This document shows, one piece after another, positions 17,760 through 26,256 of a DNA stretch of 26,517 nt (position 1 is its first letter; each line of letters opens with the position of its first letter). The notes below the pieces were generated by a model. It had not been told where the DNA came from. It searched no databases and saw only the letters and a program-made list of their open reading frames with translations. The stretch is from IMG/VR virus record IMGVR_UViG_2778261459_000001, positions 1 through 26,517 of that record, one strand, 5' to 3'. The DNA is from a virus (Duplodnaviria; Heunggongvirae; Uroviricota; Caudoviricetes). The translations under genes were made by a program, and so were the position numbers.

Positions 17760-17772
17760 GTACGGAGTTTAT

Positions 17773-19101
17773 ATGACGTGGAAAGACAGACTTCAGGACG
17801 CGTCATTTCGCGGTGTGCCGTTTAAGGTTGAAGAAGAAAGTACGGGAACCGGTCGTCGTGTGGAAACGCACGAATACCCGAACCGCGACAAACCCTATAC
17901 CGAAGACCTGGGGAAAATCACTTTCCGCCCGTCCATCACGGCTTATGTGGTGGGAGATGACTGCTTTGACCAGCGCGATCGGCTGATTGACGCGCTGAAT
18001 AAACCCGGTCCCGGCACGCTTGTCCATCCGACTTACGGTGAGCTGAAAGTCTGTGTTGACGGAGAGGTTCGGGTCAGCACATCGAAGAGTGAAGGGCGTA
18101 TTGTCCGCTTTGACCTGAAGTTTGTCGAAGCGGGAGAACTCTCTTACCCCACTTCAGGTGCGGCGACGGCGCAGACGCTGATGTCATCCTGTTCTGCACT
18201 GGATGACTGCATCAGTGACAGCTTCAGCGGTTTCAGTATCGATGGCGTGGCGGATTTCGTGCAGAACGACGTTATTGGTAATGCCAGCATAATGCTGGGG
18301 TATGTTTCTGATGCGATGAAAGTGGTGGATTCTGCCGTATCGGATGCCGCCAGGCTGTTGCAGGGGGATATCTCGGTACTTCTGCCGCCGCCATCGTCAG
18401 GCAAAAATTTCGTTGAGCAGGTGCAGAAAATGTGGCGTACCGGGAAACGCCTTTATGGTAACGCCAGCGACCTGGTCACCATGATCAAAACGCTTTCCGG
18501 TGTCAGCCTCGGCAGTGATCTGCAACCGCGCGGCGTCTGGAAAACGGACAGTAAAACCACCGCTACGGCGACGCAGCAGCGTAACGTGGTTGCCAGCACC
18601 CTTCGTACGACCGCAATCAGCGAAGCGGCGTATGCCGTCACCCGATTGCCTGCGCCAACAACTTCCGCGGTGATGCAGAATGCCGCAGTGGGGCAGGCAA
18701 CAACAGCTGCACAGAGCACCGGCTGGCCTTCCGTCACGCATCCGGCACTGAACAATGCACCGGCGGTGAAAAACACGGTTGACCTGCCGACGTGGGAAGA
18801 ACTGACTGACATTCGCGACACACTGAATACGGCAATTGATAAGGAGTTGTCCCGTACAACCAGTGATGCGCTGTTTCTGGCGCTGCGCCGGGTGAAAGCA
18901 GATCTGAATGCGGATATCAACACGCGCCTTGAACAGTCTGCACGGATCATTCAGCGCACACCGGATGAGGTTTTACCCGCGCTGGTGCTGGCGGCGACCT
19001 GGTTTGATAACGCGGCGCGTGACGCGGACATTATCCGGCGTAATGCCATTACGCATCCCGGCTTTGTGCCGGTGATCCCTCTGAAGGTGCCAGTGCAATG
19101 A
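17773..19101 (+). CDS. Mu gpN-like DNA circularization / tail protein
   Basis: GGAG 6 nt before ATG 17773 (MTWKDRLQDASFRGVPFKVEEE...); first gene after the tape measure gene as in Mu-like tails. Confidence 0.8.
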   Translation: MTWKDRLQDASFRGVPFKVEEESTGTGRRVETHEYPNRDKPYTEDLGKITFRPSITAYVVGDDCFDQRDRLIDALNKPGPGTLVHPTYGELKVCVDGEVRVSTSKSEGRIVRFDLKFVEAGELSYPTSGAATAQTLMSSCSALDDCISDSFSGFSIDGVADFVQNDVIGNASIMLGYVSDAMKVVDSAVSDAARLLQGDISVLLPPPSSGKNFVEQVQKMWRTGKRLYGNASDLVTMIKTLSGVSLGSDLQPRGVWKTDSKTTATATQQRNVVASTLRTTAISEAAYAVTRLPAPTTSAVMQNAAVGQATTAAQSTGWPSVTHPALNNAPAVKNTVDLPTWEELTDIRDTLNTAIDKELSRTTSDALFLALRRVKADLNADINTRLEQSARIIQRTPDEVLPALVLAATWFDNAARDADIIRRNAITHPGFVPVIPLKVPVQ

Positions 19102-20177
19102 ACGACAATGTCACGCTACGGGTAAATGGCCGGGAGTGGAATGGCTGGACATCGGTGCGCATCGGTGCCGGTATTGAACGGCTGGCGCGGGATTTCAGTG
19201 TGGAGATCACCCGCCAGTGGCCGGGTGATGAGGGTATCACCACGCTTCAGCCGCGCATTAAAAACGGTTCAAAAGTGGAGGTGCTGATTGGTGATGAGCT
19301 GGTGATCACCGGCTGGGTGGAGGCGACGCCCGTTCGTTACGATGCCCGTTCGGTCAGCACCGGTATTGCCGGACGCAGTCTGACCGCTGACCTGATTGAC
19401 TGTGCAGCCGAACCGACACAGTTTAACGGACGATCGCTGGTACAGATAGCGCAGGCGCTTGCTGCGCCTTTCGGCATTGAGGTGGTGAACAACGGTGCGC
19501 CGTCGGGTGTTATTCCTGACGTCCAGCCCGATCACGGCGAAACGGTGATTGAGGTGATCAACAAAATACTCGGTCAGCAGCAGGCACTGGCTTACGACGA
19601 CCCGCACGGCAGGCTGGTGATTGGCGGTATTGGCTCAACGCGGGCACATACCGCGCTGGTACTCGGGGAAAACATCCTTTCCTGTGATACGGAGAAGAGT
19701 ATCCGGGAGCGGTTTTCAGTTTACCAGGTGGCGGGGCAGCGTGCCGGAAACGACGATGATTTCGGTGAGGCCACCACCACCGCGCTGCGGGCCCGCACAG
19801 AGGACGCATTTATTGCCCGTTACCGTCCGATGTATATCAGGCAGACAGGGCAGGCCACGGGGGCAGGCTGTATTGCGCGTGCTGACTTTGAAGCCCGGCA
19901 ACGGGCGGCGCGGACGGATGAAACCACCTATGTGGTGCAGGGCTGGCGACAGGGTAACGGTACGCTGTGGCAGCCCAACCAGCGGGTGATTGTCTTTGAT
20001 CCGGTCTGTGGTTTCGACAATACCGAACTGCTTGTTTCGGAAGTCACGTTTACTCAGGACCAGAACGGCACCCTGACGGAAATCCGTGTCGGCCCGCCTG
20101 ATGCTTATCTGCCTGAACCCGAAGCCCCCGGCGCGCGGAAAAAGAAAAAAGCCAGAGTACAGGAGGACCCGTTCTGA
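19098..20177 (+). CDS. Mu gpP-like tail/baseplate hub protein
   Basis: 359 aa, ATGA overlap with the upstream gene; position and size match. Confidence 0.8.
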   Translation: MNDNVTLRVNGREWNGWTSVRIGAGIERLARDFSVEITRQWPGDEGITTLQPRIKNGSKVEVLIGDELVITGWVEATPVRYDARSVSTGIAGRSLTADLIDCAAEPTQFNGRSLVQIAQALAAPFGIEVVNNGAPSGVIPDVQPDHGETVIEVINKILGQQQALAYDDPHGRLVIGGIGSTRAHTALVLGENILSCDTEKSIRERFSVYQVAGQRAGNDDDFGEATTTALRARTEDAFIARYRPMYIRQTGQATGAGCIARADFEARQRAARTDETTYVVQGWRQGNGTLWQPNQRVIVFDPVCGFDNTELLVSEVTFTQDQNGTLTEIRVGPPDAYLPEPEAPGARKKKKARVQEDPF

Positions 20178-20725
20178 TGAGGACGATTGAAGCCATGCAG
20201 CGACAACTCCTCGGCCTGATTGGGCGGGCCGTGGTGAAAAGCATCAGTGCCGCCACGAAATGTCAGACCGTGGATGTGTTCCTGATTGCCGGTGAACCCA
20301 AAGCCGGGGTTGAACATCTTGAACCCTACGGTTTTACCGCAAGGGCAAACAGCGGTGCGGAAGCGGTGGTGTTGTTTCCGGATGGCGACCGTTCTCATGC
20401 GGTGGTTGTTACGGTGTCGGACCGTCGCTACCGCCTGAAAGGGCTGCAGACGGGTGAGGTGGCTGTCTATGACGATCAGGGGCAGTCCGTGACGCTGACC
20501 CGGGAGGGGATCGTGGTGGACGGTGCAGGTAAAACGATCACGTTTCGCAATGCACCTGAAGCACGTTTTGAAATGGACCTGGAAGTGACAGGACAGGTGA
20601 AAGACCTGTGCGACTCCGGCGGCACCACCATGTCAGCGATGCGGCTTGCCTATAACGGGCATAGTCACAGAGAGAACGGTCAGGGCAGTAACACCGACAA
20701 ACCGGATAAAGCGATGGAGGCATGA
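20177..20725 (+). CDS. baseplate assembly protein V (spike, Mu gp45-like)
   Basis: 182 aa, start overlaps the upstream stop; fits gpV-type proteins by position and size. Confidence 0.8.
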   Translation: MRTIEAMQRQLLGLIGRAVVKSISAATKCQTVDVFLIAGEPKAGVEHLEPYGFTARANSGAEAVVLFPDGDRSHAVVVTVSDRRYRLKGLQTGEVAVYDDQGQSVTLTREGIVVDGAGKTITFRNAPEARFEMDLEVTGQVKDLCDSGGTTMSAMRLAYNGHSHRENGQGSNTDKPDKAMEA

Positions 20726-21150
20726 TGGAACTGTGGCTGACGGTGAACGGTAAACGCACCTGCGCCAGCGCACCGCTGGATCCGCTGACCCGCGCCGTGG
20801 TGATTTCCCTGTTTACCTGGCGGCGGGCGGAGCCTGATGACAACGCCGACGTCCCGATGGGATGGTGGGGGGATACCTGGCCTGCGGTACAGAATGACCG
20901 TTACGGCTCCCGACTGTGGCTGCTTCAGCGCAGCAAACTGACCAATCAGCTGGTGCAGACGGTAAGGGGGTATATCCGCGAATGCCTGCAATGGATGATT
21001 GATGATGGCGTGGTGTCCCGTATTGATCTGGATATCCGCCGCACCGGGATTAATGAACTGGGTAACAGTATCACTCTCTGGCGTCGTGACGGACCGGTAA
21101 TGATTTCTTTTGATGATCTGTGGAGTGCGATAACGCATGGCGGACAGTGA
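20722..21150 (+). CDS. baseplate protein (Mu gp46 / gpW-gp25-like)
   Basis: 142 aa, ATGA overlap; between the V-like and J-like genes. Confidence 0.75.
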   Translation: MMELWLTVNGKRTCASAPLDPLTRAVVISLFTWRRAEPDDNADVPMGWWGDTWPAVQNDRYGSRLWLLQRSKLTNQLVQTVRGYIRECLQWMIDDGVVSRIDLDIRRTGINELGNSITLWRRDGPVMISFDDLWSAITHGGQ

Positions 21151-22195
21151 ATTTCAGCGCCCGACGCTGGCAGAAAATATCAGTATGCTCCGTAACGATT
21201 TATTCGCCAGGCTGGACGTCAGCGACACGCTCCGGCGCATGGATGAAGACGTGCGGGCAAAGGTGTATGCGGCGGCGCTGCATACGGTTTACGGTTACAT
21301 CGATTATCTGGCAATGAACATGCTGCCTGACCTGTGCGATGAGTCCTGGCTGGCGCGACATGCTGCGATGAAACGGTGTCCGCGCAAGGGGGCCACGGCT
21401 GCCAGCGGGTATATGCGCTGGGAAGGTGTCAGCGATGGCCTGAAGGTGACTGCCGGGAGCGTGATTCAGCGCGATGACCTGGTTCAGTACACGGCAACTG
21501 CTGATGCAACCAGCTCCGGTGGTGTCCTGCGCGTGCCGATCACTTGCTCAAGTGCAGGCGCGGTCGGTAACGCTGACGACGGTACGGCATTAATCCTGGT
21601 CACGCCGGTTAATGGTCTGCCCTCTTCCGGCGAGGCAGATACCCTGACAGGTGGATTTGATACTGAAGAGCTGGAAACGTGGCGCGCCCGCGTCATTGAG
21701 CGGTATTACTGGACGCCTCAGGGCGGGGCTGACGGGGACTATGTCGTCTGGGCTAAAGAAGTGCCCGGCATTACCCGCGCATGGACATACCGACACTGGA
21801 TGGGAACGGGGACTGTCGGTGTGATGATTGCCAGCAGTGACCTGATTAACCCCATTCCGGAAGAATCAACGGAAACGGCGGCAAGACAACATATCGAGCC
21901 ACTGGCCCCGGTGGCAGGCTCTGATTTGTATGTATTCAGGCCGGTGGCGCACAAAGTGGATTTTCATATCCGCGTGACGCCGGACACACCGGAAATACGG
22001 GCTGCCATCACCGCGGAGTTGCGTTCATTCCTGCTGCGTGATGGTTATCCGCAGGGAGAGCTTAAGGTATCGCGTATCAGTGAAGCGATTTCCGGTGCGA
22101 ACGGGGAATACAGCCATCAGTTGCTTGCACCGGCGGACAATATCTCCATTGCAAAAAATGAACTGGCGGTACTGGGGACGATTTCATGGACGTGA
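21137..22195 (+). CDS. baseplate J-like protein (Mu gp47-like)
   Basis: 352 aa; canonical position and size. Confidence 0.85.
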   Translation: MADSEFQRPTLAENISMLRNDLFARLDVSDTLRRMDEDVRAKVYAAALHTVYGYIDYLAMNMLPDLCDESWLARHAAMKRCPRKGATAASGYMRWEGVSDGLKVTAGSVIQRDDLVQYTATADATSSGGVLRVPITCSSAGAVGNADDGTALILVTPVNGLPSSGEADTLTGGFDTEELETWRARVIERYYWTPQGGADGDYVVWAKEVPGITRAWTYRHWMGTGTVGVMIASSDLINPIPEESTETAARQHIEPLAPVAGSDLYVFRPVAHKVDFHIRVTPDTPEIRAAITAELRSFLLRDGYPQGELKVSRISEAISGANGEYSHQLLAPADNISIAKNELAVLGTISWT

Positions 22196-22770
22196 CAAAC
22201 GATGATTATATCCGTCTGTTGTCGGCACTGCTGCCCCCCGGTCCGGCATGGTCAGCCAGCGATCCGGCGATTGCCGGTGCGGCACCTTCATTAACCCGTG
22301 TTCATCAGCGTGCGGATGCCCTGATGCGGGAGCTGGATCCGCGCACCACCACCGAACTGATAAATCGCTGGGAGCGTCTGTGCGGCCTGCCGGATGAATG
22401 CATTCCGGCGGGAACGCAGACCCTTCGCCAGCGTCAGCAACGGCTGGATGCGAAGGTTAACCTGGCGGGCGGTATCAATGAGGATTTTTACCTTGCTCAG
22501 CTTGCTGCTCTGGGCAGACCAGACGCCACCATCACGCGATACGACAAAAGCACTTTCACCTGCTCATCGGCCTGTACTGACGCGGTGAATGCGCAGGAAT
22601 GGCGGTATTACTGGCAGGTCAACATGCCAGCCGCCACCAACACCACCTGGATGACATGTGGCGATCCCTGTGATTCCGCACTGCGTATCTGGGGCGACAC
22701 CGTTGTCGAGTGCGTGCTTAACAAACTCTGCCCTTCGCATACCTACGTAATTTTTAAATATCCGGAGTAA
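22186..22770 (+). CDS. Mu gp48-like tail protein (DUF2313-like)
   Basis: 194 aa between the baseplate J-like and tail fiber genes. Confidence 0.75.
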   Translation: MDVTNDDYIRLLSALLPPGPAWSASDPAIAGAAPSLTRVHQRADALMRELDPRTTTELINRWERLCGLPDECIPAGTQTLRQRQQRLDAKVNLAGGINEDFYLAQLAALGRPDATITRYDKSTFTCSSACTDAVNAQEWRYYWQVNMPAATNTTWMTCGDPCDSALRIWGDTVVECVLNKLCPSHTYVIFKYPE

Positions 22771-22773
22771 TCC

Positions 22774-23787
22774 ATGCATCGTATAGACACGAAAACCGCG
22801 CAGAAGGATAAGTTCGGCGCGGGTAAGAACGGTTTTACCCGTGGTAACCCCCAGACCGGCACACCTGCCACCGATCTGGATGATGACTACTTTGACATGT
22901 TGCAGGAGGAACTTTGCAGCGTGGTGGAGGCATCCGGTGCCAGCCTGGAGAAGGGGCGGCACGACCAGTTACTTACCGCGCTTCGTGCGCTGCTGTTAAG
23001 CCGCAAGAATCCGTTTGGCGATATCAAATCGGATGGCACGGTGAAAACGGCTCTCGAAAACCTTGGTTTATCAGACGTTTTACATAAGGGAAATTTTGGT
23101 GTCGGGAGTAGGCTGCAAGGTAGTGCAGCCGGGAATAGCCATGTCGGTGGATTCATGTATGAACCATATCAGGCGAACAATCTTTACCCGCTAAGTGTGG
23201 CTTTAATGCAGGCAGCAGGCCCGACATCGACAGAATGGGCGCAGCTGGCTGTTTCATATGGTGGGGCATTCAGAGCTTTCCTTGGGCGACAGACTTATAA
23301 TGGAAATCCTGAAATCAGTGAGTTGTACCATGACCAGCGTAAGCCGTCTGCGTCGGATGTTGGTGCCCAACCTCTGAATGCAACTCTCACCACTCTTAGT
23401 GGAAAAGATGCGGCAGGATTAAGGAGCGTCCTAGGGCTTGGAACAACAGCCACAAGAAACGTAGGTACGGGAGCGTCACAAATACCTGATATGAGTTCGT
23501 TTTTAAGCGGATCTACAGCATCAGCTTTTTGGTACAAACTTCCTGGTGGCATGGTGGTGATGGGGGGTAATGCATCTGGAATCGCCTCTGGAACTGCAGG
23601 TAATGCGGTCTTCTTCCCAGTGCCATTCCCAAATGTTTGCTCAAGCGTTGTCGTGACATTAGTCAGCAACGGGTTATATGCCGACACAGTCTCGTTTAAT
23701 ACATATATCCCTGGAACTGACCGTTTTAACGTTTATACGAATACAAGCGGCACGTACGCTATTTATTACCTGGCGTTTGGGAGTTGA
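22774..23787 (+). CDS. tail fiber protein with conserved N-terminal anchor and divergent, lower-GC C-terminal domain
   Basis: 337 aa. N-terminus [55 protein letters not shown]... is the conserved baseplate-attachment region of this fiber family. DNA composition becomes AT-richer from about 23040 onward. Confidence 0.8.
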   Translation: MHRIDTKTAQKDKFGAGKNGFTRGNPQTGTPATDLDDDYFDMLQEELCSVVEASGASLEKGRHDQLLTALRALLLSRKNPFGDIKSDGTVKTALENLGLSDVLHKGNFGVGSRLQGSAAGNSHVGGFMYEPYQANNLYPLSVALMQAAGPTSTEWAQLAVSYGGAFRAFLGRQTYNGNPEISELYHDQRKPSASDVGAQPLNATLTTLSGKDAAGLRSVLGLGTTATRNVGTGASQIPDMSSFLSGSTASAFWYKLPGGMVVMGGNASGIASGTAGNAVFFPVPFPNVCSSVVVTLVSNGLYADTVSFNTYIPGTDRFNVYTNTSGTYAIYYLAFGS

Positions 23788-23788
23788 T

Positions 23789-24205
23789 ATGAACAATTAC
23801 GTATGGTCAGCATTACATGTTTCATTTTTCCCTAAGGCGATGTTGCAAGATTATGAATCTGCCGGATGGAATCTTTCCGATGTGGTGGATGTTGTTGATG
23901 ACATTTTTCAAACATACAGATCAATGCCACCAGAAGGTAAAATTCTTGGGGTTGTTGATGGCATGCCTGCATGGATTGACAAGCCGCCAGTGCCAAATAG
24001 CGTGTTGCTTTCAGACGAACTTGCGCGGCTTGCATCAGAATATAAAAATGACAGAGTTCAATTGAATGACGCATACGTTGCGGCAATGGTAAGCGATGGT
24101 CCATTAGAGCAAACTAAGCAGCAGGCGGTGAGGGATCAAATTGTTCAAAGAAAATCTCAGTACACAGCAGATATAGCTGCAGCAAAATTAAAATATCCCA
24201 TTTAA
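23789..24205 (+). CDS. tail fiber assembly protein (Tfa/Caudo_TAP-like)
   Basis: From ATG 23789 (MNNYVWSALHVSFF...): motifs ...AGW..., PPEGK and DGMPAWIDKPP typical of tail fiber assembly chaperones; directly follows the fiber gene. Confidence 0.7.
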   Translation: MNNYVWSALHVSFFPKAMLQDYESAGWNLSDVVDVVDDIFQTYRSMPPEGKILGVVDGMPAWIDKPPVPNSVLLSDELARLASEYKNDRVQLNDAYVAAMVSDGPLEQTKQQAVRDQIVQRKSQYTADIAAAKLKYPI

Positions 24206-24215
24206 GGTGGACATC

Positions 24216-24380
24216 ATGGAAACACAATCAAACGAAGAACAAAAACAGAGCCAGCAACAGCAGGATTCTACCGTAAAATTCTGTCCGATATGTGGCTCAA
24301 CAATGCATCAGCAAGATTATCTGAATGGGAAATGGTGGTTTTGTGATGATGAAGAATGCGGGTTTTTTGAGCCCGTCTAA
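24216..24380 (+). CDS. small zinc-ribbon protein (54 aa, CPICG...x16...CDDEEC)
   Basis: AAGGTGG SD 5 nt before ATG 24216. METQSNEEQKQSQQQQDSTVKFCPICGSTMHQQDYLNGKWWFCDDEECGFFEPV has four Cys in two pairs. Below the track cut-off; followed by a terminator. Confidence 0.5.
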   Translation: METQSNEEQKQSQQQQDSTVKFCPICGSTMHQQDYLNGKWWFCDDEECGFFEPV

Positions 24381-24402
24381 AGTATTTGTTTGCAGGAATA
24401 AA

Positions 24403-24433
24403 AGCCCTCTCTGGAGGGCTCATATTTATTTTG
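24403..24433. terminator. bidirectional terminator (AGCCCTC-TCTG-GAGGGCT flanked by T-runs on both strands)
   Basis: Between the convergent zinc-ribbon gene (+) and acyltransferase gene (-); followed by CATATTTATTTTG on the plus strand and TTTATTCC on the minus strand. Confidence 0.5.
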
Positions 24434-25508
24434 CGTATTTCTTTCTAAACCCAAGAAATGGCTTTTCAATCAACTCAAAACATATCTTAGAAAAGATAAG
24501 AATTGCAGGTAGTAAAATCAAAAAATTAATGACAGCATTAACATTATCATTGTCGATAAACCTCGGAACTCCAAATGTTTTATGGAATGAGTAAAGAACC
24601 ACACCATGCAATATATATTCAGAAAAGCTTACCTCACCAAGTTTAGATAATCCATTATCTATAATGGCAGGTATTTTTATGCTTGACGATAAGTAAGTAA
24701 ATACAAAAATACCCCACATGCAAGCCTCCAGATATGATAAAGAACTTACATATGGTGTTGGAATGTACCATAAACCCTCAGATCTAAGTGTTAAAAGAGA
24801 AAAGAAGACAATTGCAGAACTGGCGATGATAAAGATCGGATTAGCGAATTTATCCTTATGGTTTATATATAGATATCCAAACACCATCCCAATTAATAGC
24901 TGATCAAATCGACCAAGCATTGTTAAGTAGTAATAATGATTGTTCAGATATGAATCCGACCCTAATTCCCCACCATAGATTGTAACGATCATGGTTCTCC
25001 AGGCAAGCCAAAAAAGAGACAGATACACAATATACTTCACACCATATCTGTTAAGAAAAAGAGCTAGGAAAGGAAATATTAAGTAAAATTGAAATTCTAC
25101 TGCTATAGTCCACGTTTGCCCGAAATGAGCCAGCAACGGTGATGTTTGCAAATTCGAGAAAAGGAACAAGGATAAAGCATCAGAAAATGTGGCAGTACCT
25201 CTAGATAGAGACATGGCGGTAATCCATGCTACAGAAAGGAGTGGGAAGATGCGAATAAATCTATTGAAGATAAAAGGCTTATAAGAAATATCCTTTTTTC
25301 CGCCATTCGATATGATGGTGAATAGAAATCCACTAAGCACCAAAAATAGCGTAACTCCAGTATCACCAGCAAGCATGAAATTTATAAATGGATTGTTCGA
25401 TTTCTTTCCTCCGAACGCCGTATAAGAATGAACAAAAACAACAAATGTTGCTGCAAAAAAACGAAGGTGGTCAATCCTTGACAGGTATTGTGAGTTTAGA
25501 CTTTTCAT
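24426..25508 (-). CDS. integral membrane acyltransferase, family 3 (Oac/OafA-like O-acetyltransferase)
   Basis: 360 aa, about 10 predicted TM segments. N-terminal signature RIDHLRFFAATFVVFVHS (Arg...His motif of the acyltransferase-3 family). Gene is strongly AT-rich relative to the flanking phage genes and is divergently oriented. Confidence 0.85.
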   Translation of the reverse strand: MKSLNSQYLSRIDHLRFFAATFVVFVHSYTAFGGKKSNNPFINFMLAGDTGVTLFLVLSGFLFTIISNGGKKDISYKPFIFNRFIRIFPLLSVAWITAMSLSRGTATFSDALSLFLFSNLQTSPLLAHFGQTWTIAVEFQFYLIFPFLALFLNRYGVKYIVYLSLFWLAWRTMIVTIYGGELGSDSYLNNHYYYLTMLGRFDQLLIGMVFGYLYINHKDKFANPIFIIASSAIVFFSLLTLRSEGLWYIPTPYVSSLSYLEACMWGIFVFTYLSSSIKIPAIIDNGLSKLGEVSFSEYILHGVVLYSFHKTFGVPRFIDNDNVNAVINFLILLPAILIFSKICFELIEKPFLGFRKKYAK

Positions 25509-25628
25509 CTTTATCCACTTGAAAATGAAAAAATATTAGCATGTAAGACGATGTCGCGCCACGGATCATTAGTCGTAAAAAGCACGAGTTTTTTGTTGCA
25601 TGCACTGATTGACGCCATCGATCAATAA

Positions 25629-25648
25629 TACTGTATGCACATACAGCT
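25629..25648 (+). promoter_or_regulatory. LexA (SOS) box TACTGTATGCACATACAGCT
   Basis: CTGT-N8-ACAG palindrome (CTGTATGCACATACAG) matching the E. coli SOS-box consensus TACTGT(AT)4ACAGTA, about 20 nt upstream of the UmuD'-like start; GGAGGTGG SD at 25655-25662. Confidence 0.6.
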
Positions 25649-25665
25649 TACATTGGAGGTGGTCC

Positions 25666-25953
25666 ATGGGGTTCCCGTCGCCAGCGGCAGACCACATTGA
25701 AGAGCACATATCACTCGATAAGCGCCTTATCGCACATCCTTCTTCCACGTATATGATGATATCCGGAACGACATACCTTCGAGCCGGAATCATGAAAGGA
25801 GCCATGCTCATCGTCGACTCATCGCTGACACCAAAAGATGGCTTCCTGCTTGTCTGTGCGGTTGATGGTGAGTTCAGGATCATGCGCTACAGGACACATC
25901 CTCAACCTTGCCTTGAAAACCCTGAAAATGGGAGGGGGGAGCCGTTACTGTAA
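25666..25953 (+). CDS. UmuD'-like (HumD-like) protein, S24 peptidase fold with substituted catalytic dyad; C-terminally short
   Basis: From ATG 25666: [38 protein letters not shown]...[22 protein letters not shown]... aligns to E. coli UmuD from Gly25 ([37 protein letters not shown]...LLIVDS...AAVDGEF). The UmuD GDSM Ser position is Thr (GTTY) and the Lys position (VKKL) is Met/Arg (IMRY). About 20 C-terminal residues are missing relative to UmuD'. Confidence 0.65.
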   Translation: [95 protein letters not shown]

Positions 25954-26027
25954 GTATCCCGCATAATCGTGCCATTCATATTTAGAGATCATCCGGCATA
26001 ATCAATCTGGCAACAAAGGAGATCGCT

Positions 26028-26169
26028 ACGCATAAAGCCCGTTTTACTGAGCATCAGATCATCGCTGTGATTAAGTCAGTTGAAGCCAGACGAACCGTTA
26101 AAGATGTCTGCCGGGAGGCCGGTAACTCTGAAGCCACCTACTACAACTGGAAGTCCAGATACGGCGGCA
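26028..26169 (+). mobile_element. IS3-family (IS407-group-like) transposase OrfA 5' fragment, start codon degenerate (ACG), truncated after the HTH
   Basis: AAGGAG SD, then ACG where ATG is expected. Translation (T)[46 protein letters not shown] matches the OrfA HTH motif of IS3-family elements from memory (MKKRFTEQQII...SFYTWRAKFGGME). Similarity ends abruptly at about 26170. Confidence 0.5.
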
Positions 26170-26256
26170 TGGAAGACATATCGGGTATTGCTGAACCGGG
26201 TTGATACATCAGTAGCACCGAATATTGAGTGGCCTGCAGAACCAGGCACAATGTAA
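26164..26256 (+). pseudogene. tail fiber assembly protein (tfa) 3' remnant
   Basis: Frame +1 translates to ...[30 protein letters not shown], the conserved C-terminal signature of Tfa proteins (lambda Tfa ends ...[29 protein letters not shown]). No corresponding N-terminal part upstream. Confidence 0.6.

Noticed and set aside
18453-18950. Minus-strand ORFs antisense to the gpN-like gene (18144..18404, 18397..18741, 18453..18950)
   Set aside because: Antisense to a conserved tail gene in a tightly overlapping operon; no SD or independent support.
20680-21138. 152-aa minus-strand ORF antisense to the gp46-like gene
   Set aside because: Same reasoning: antisense shadow ORF in GC-rich coding sequence.
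22774-24205. Invertible tail fiber segment (Mu G-segment / Gin-type) or diversity-generating retroelement
   Set aside because: No inverted duplicate of the fiber C-terminus/Tfa pair, no invertase or reverse-transcriptase-like ORF, and no flanking inverted repeats were seen; the Tfa relic at 26164-26256 is in the same orientation.
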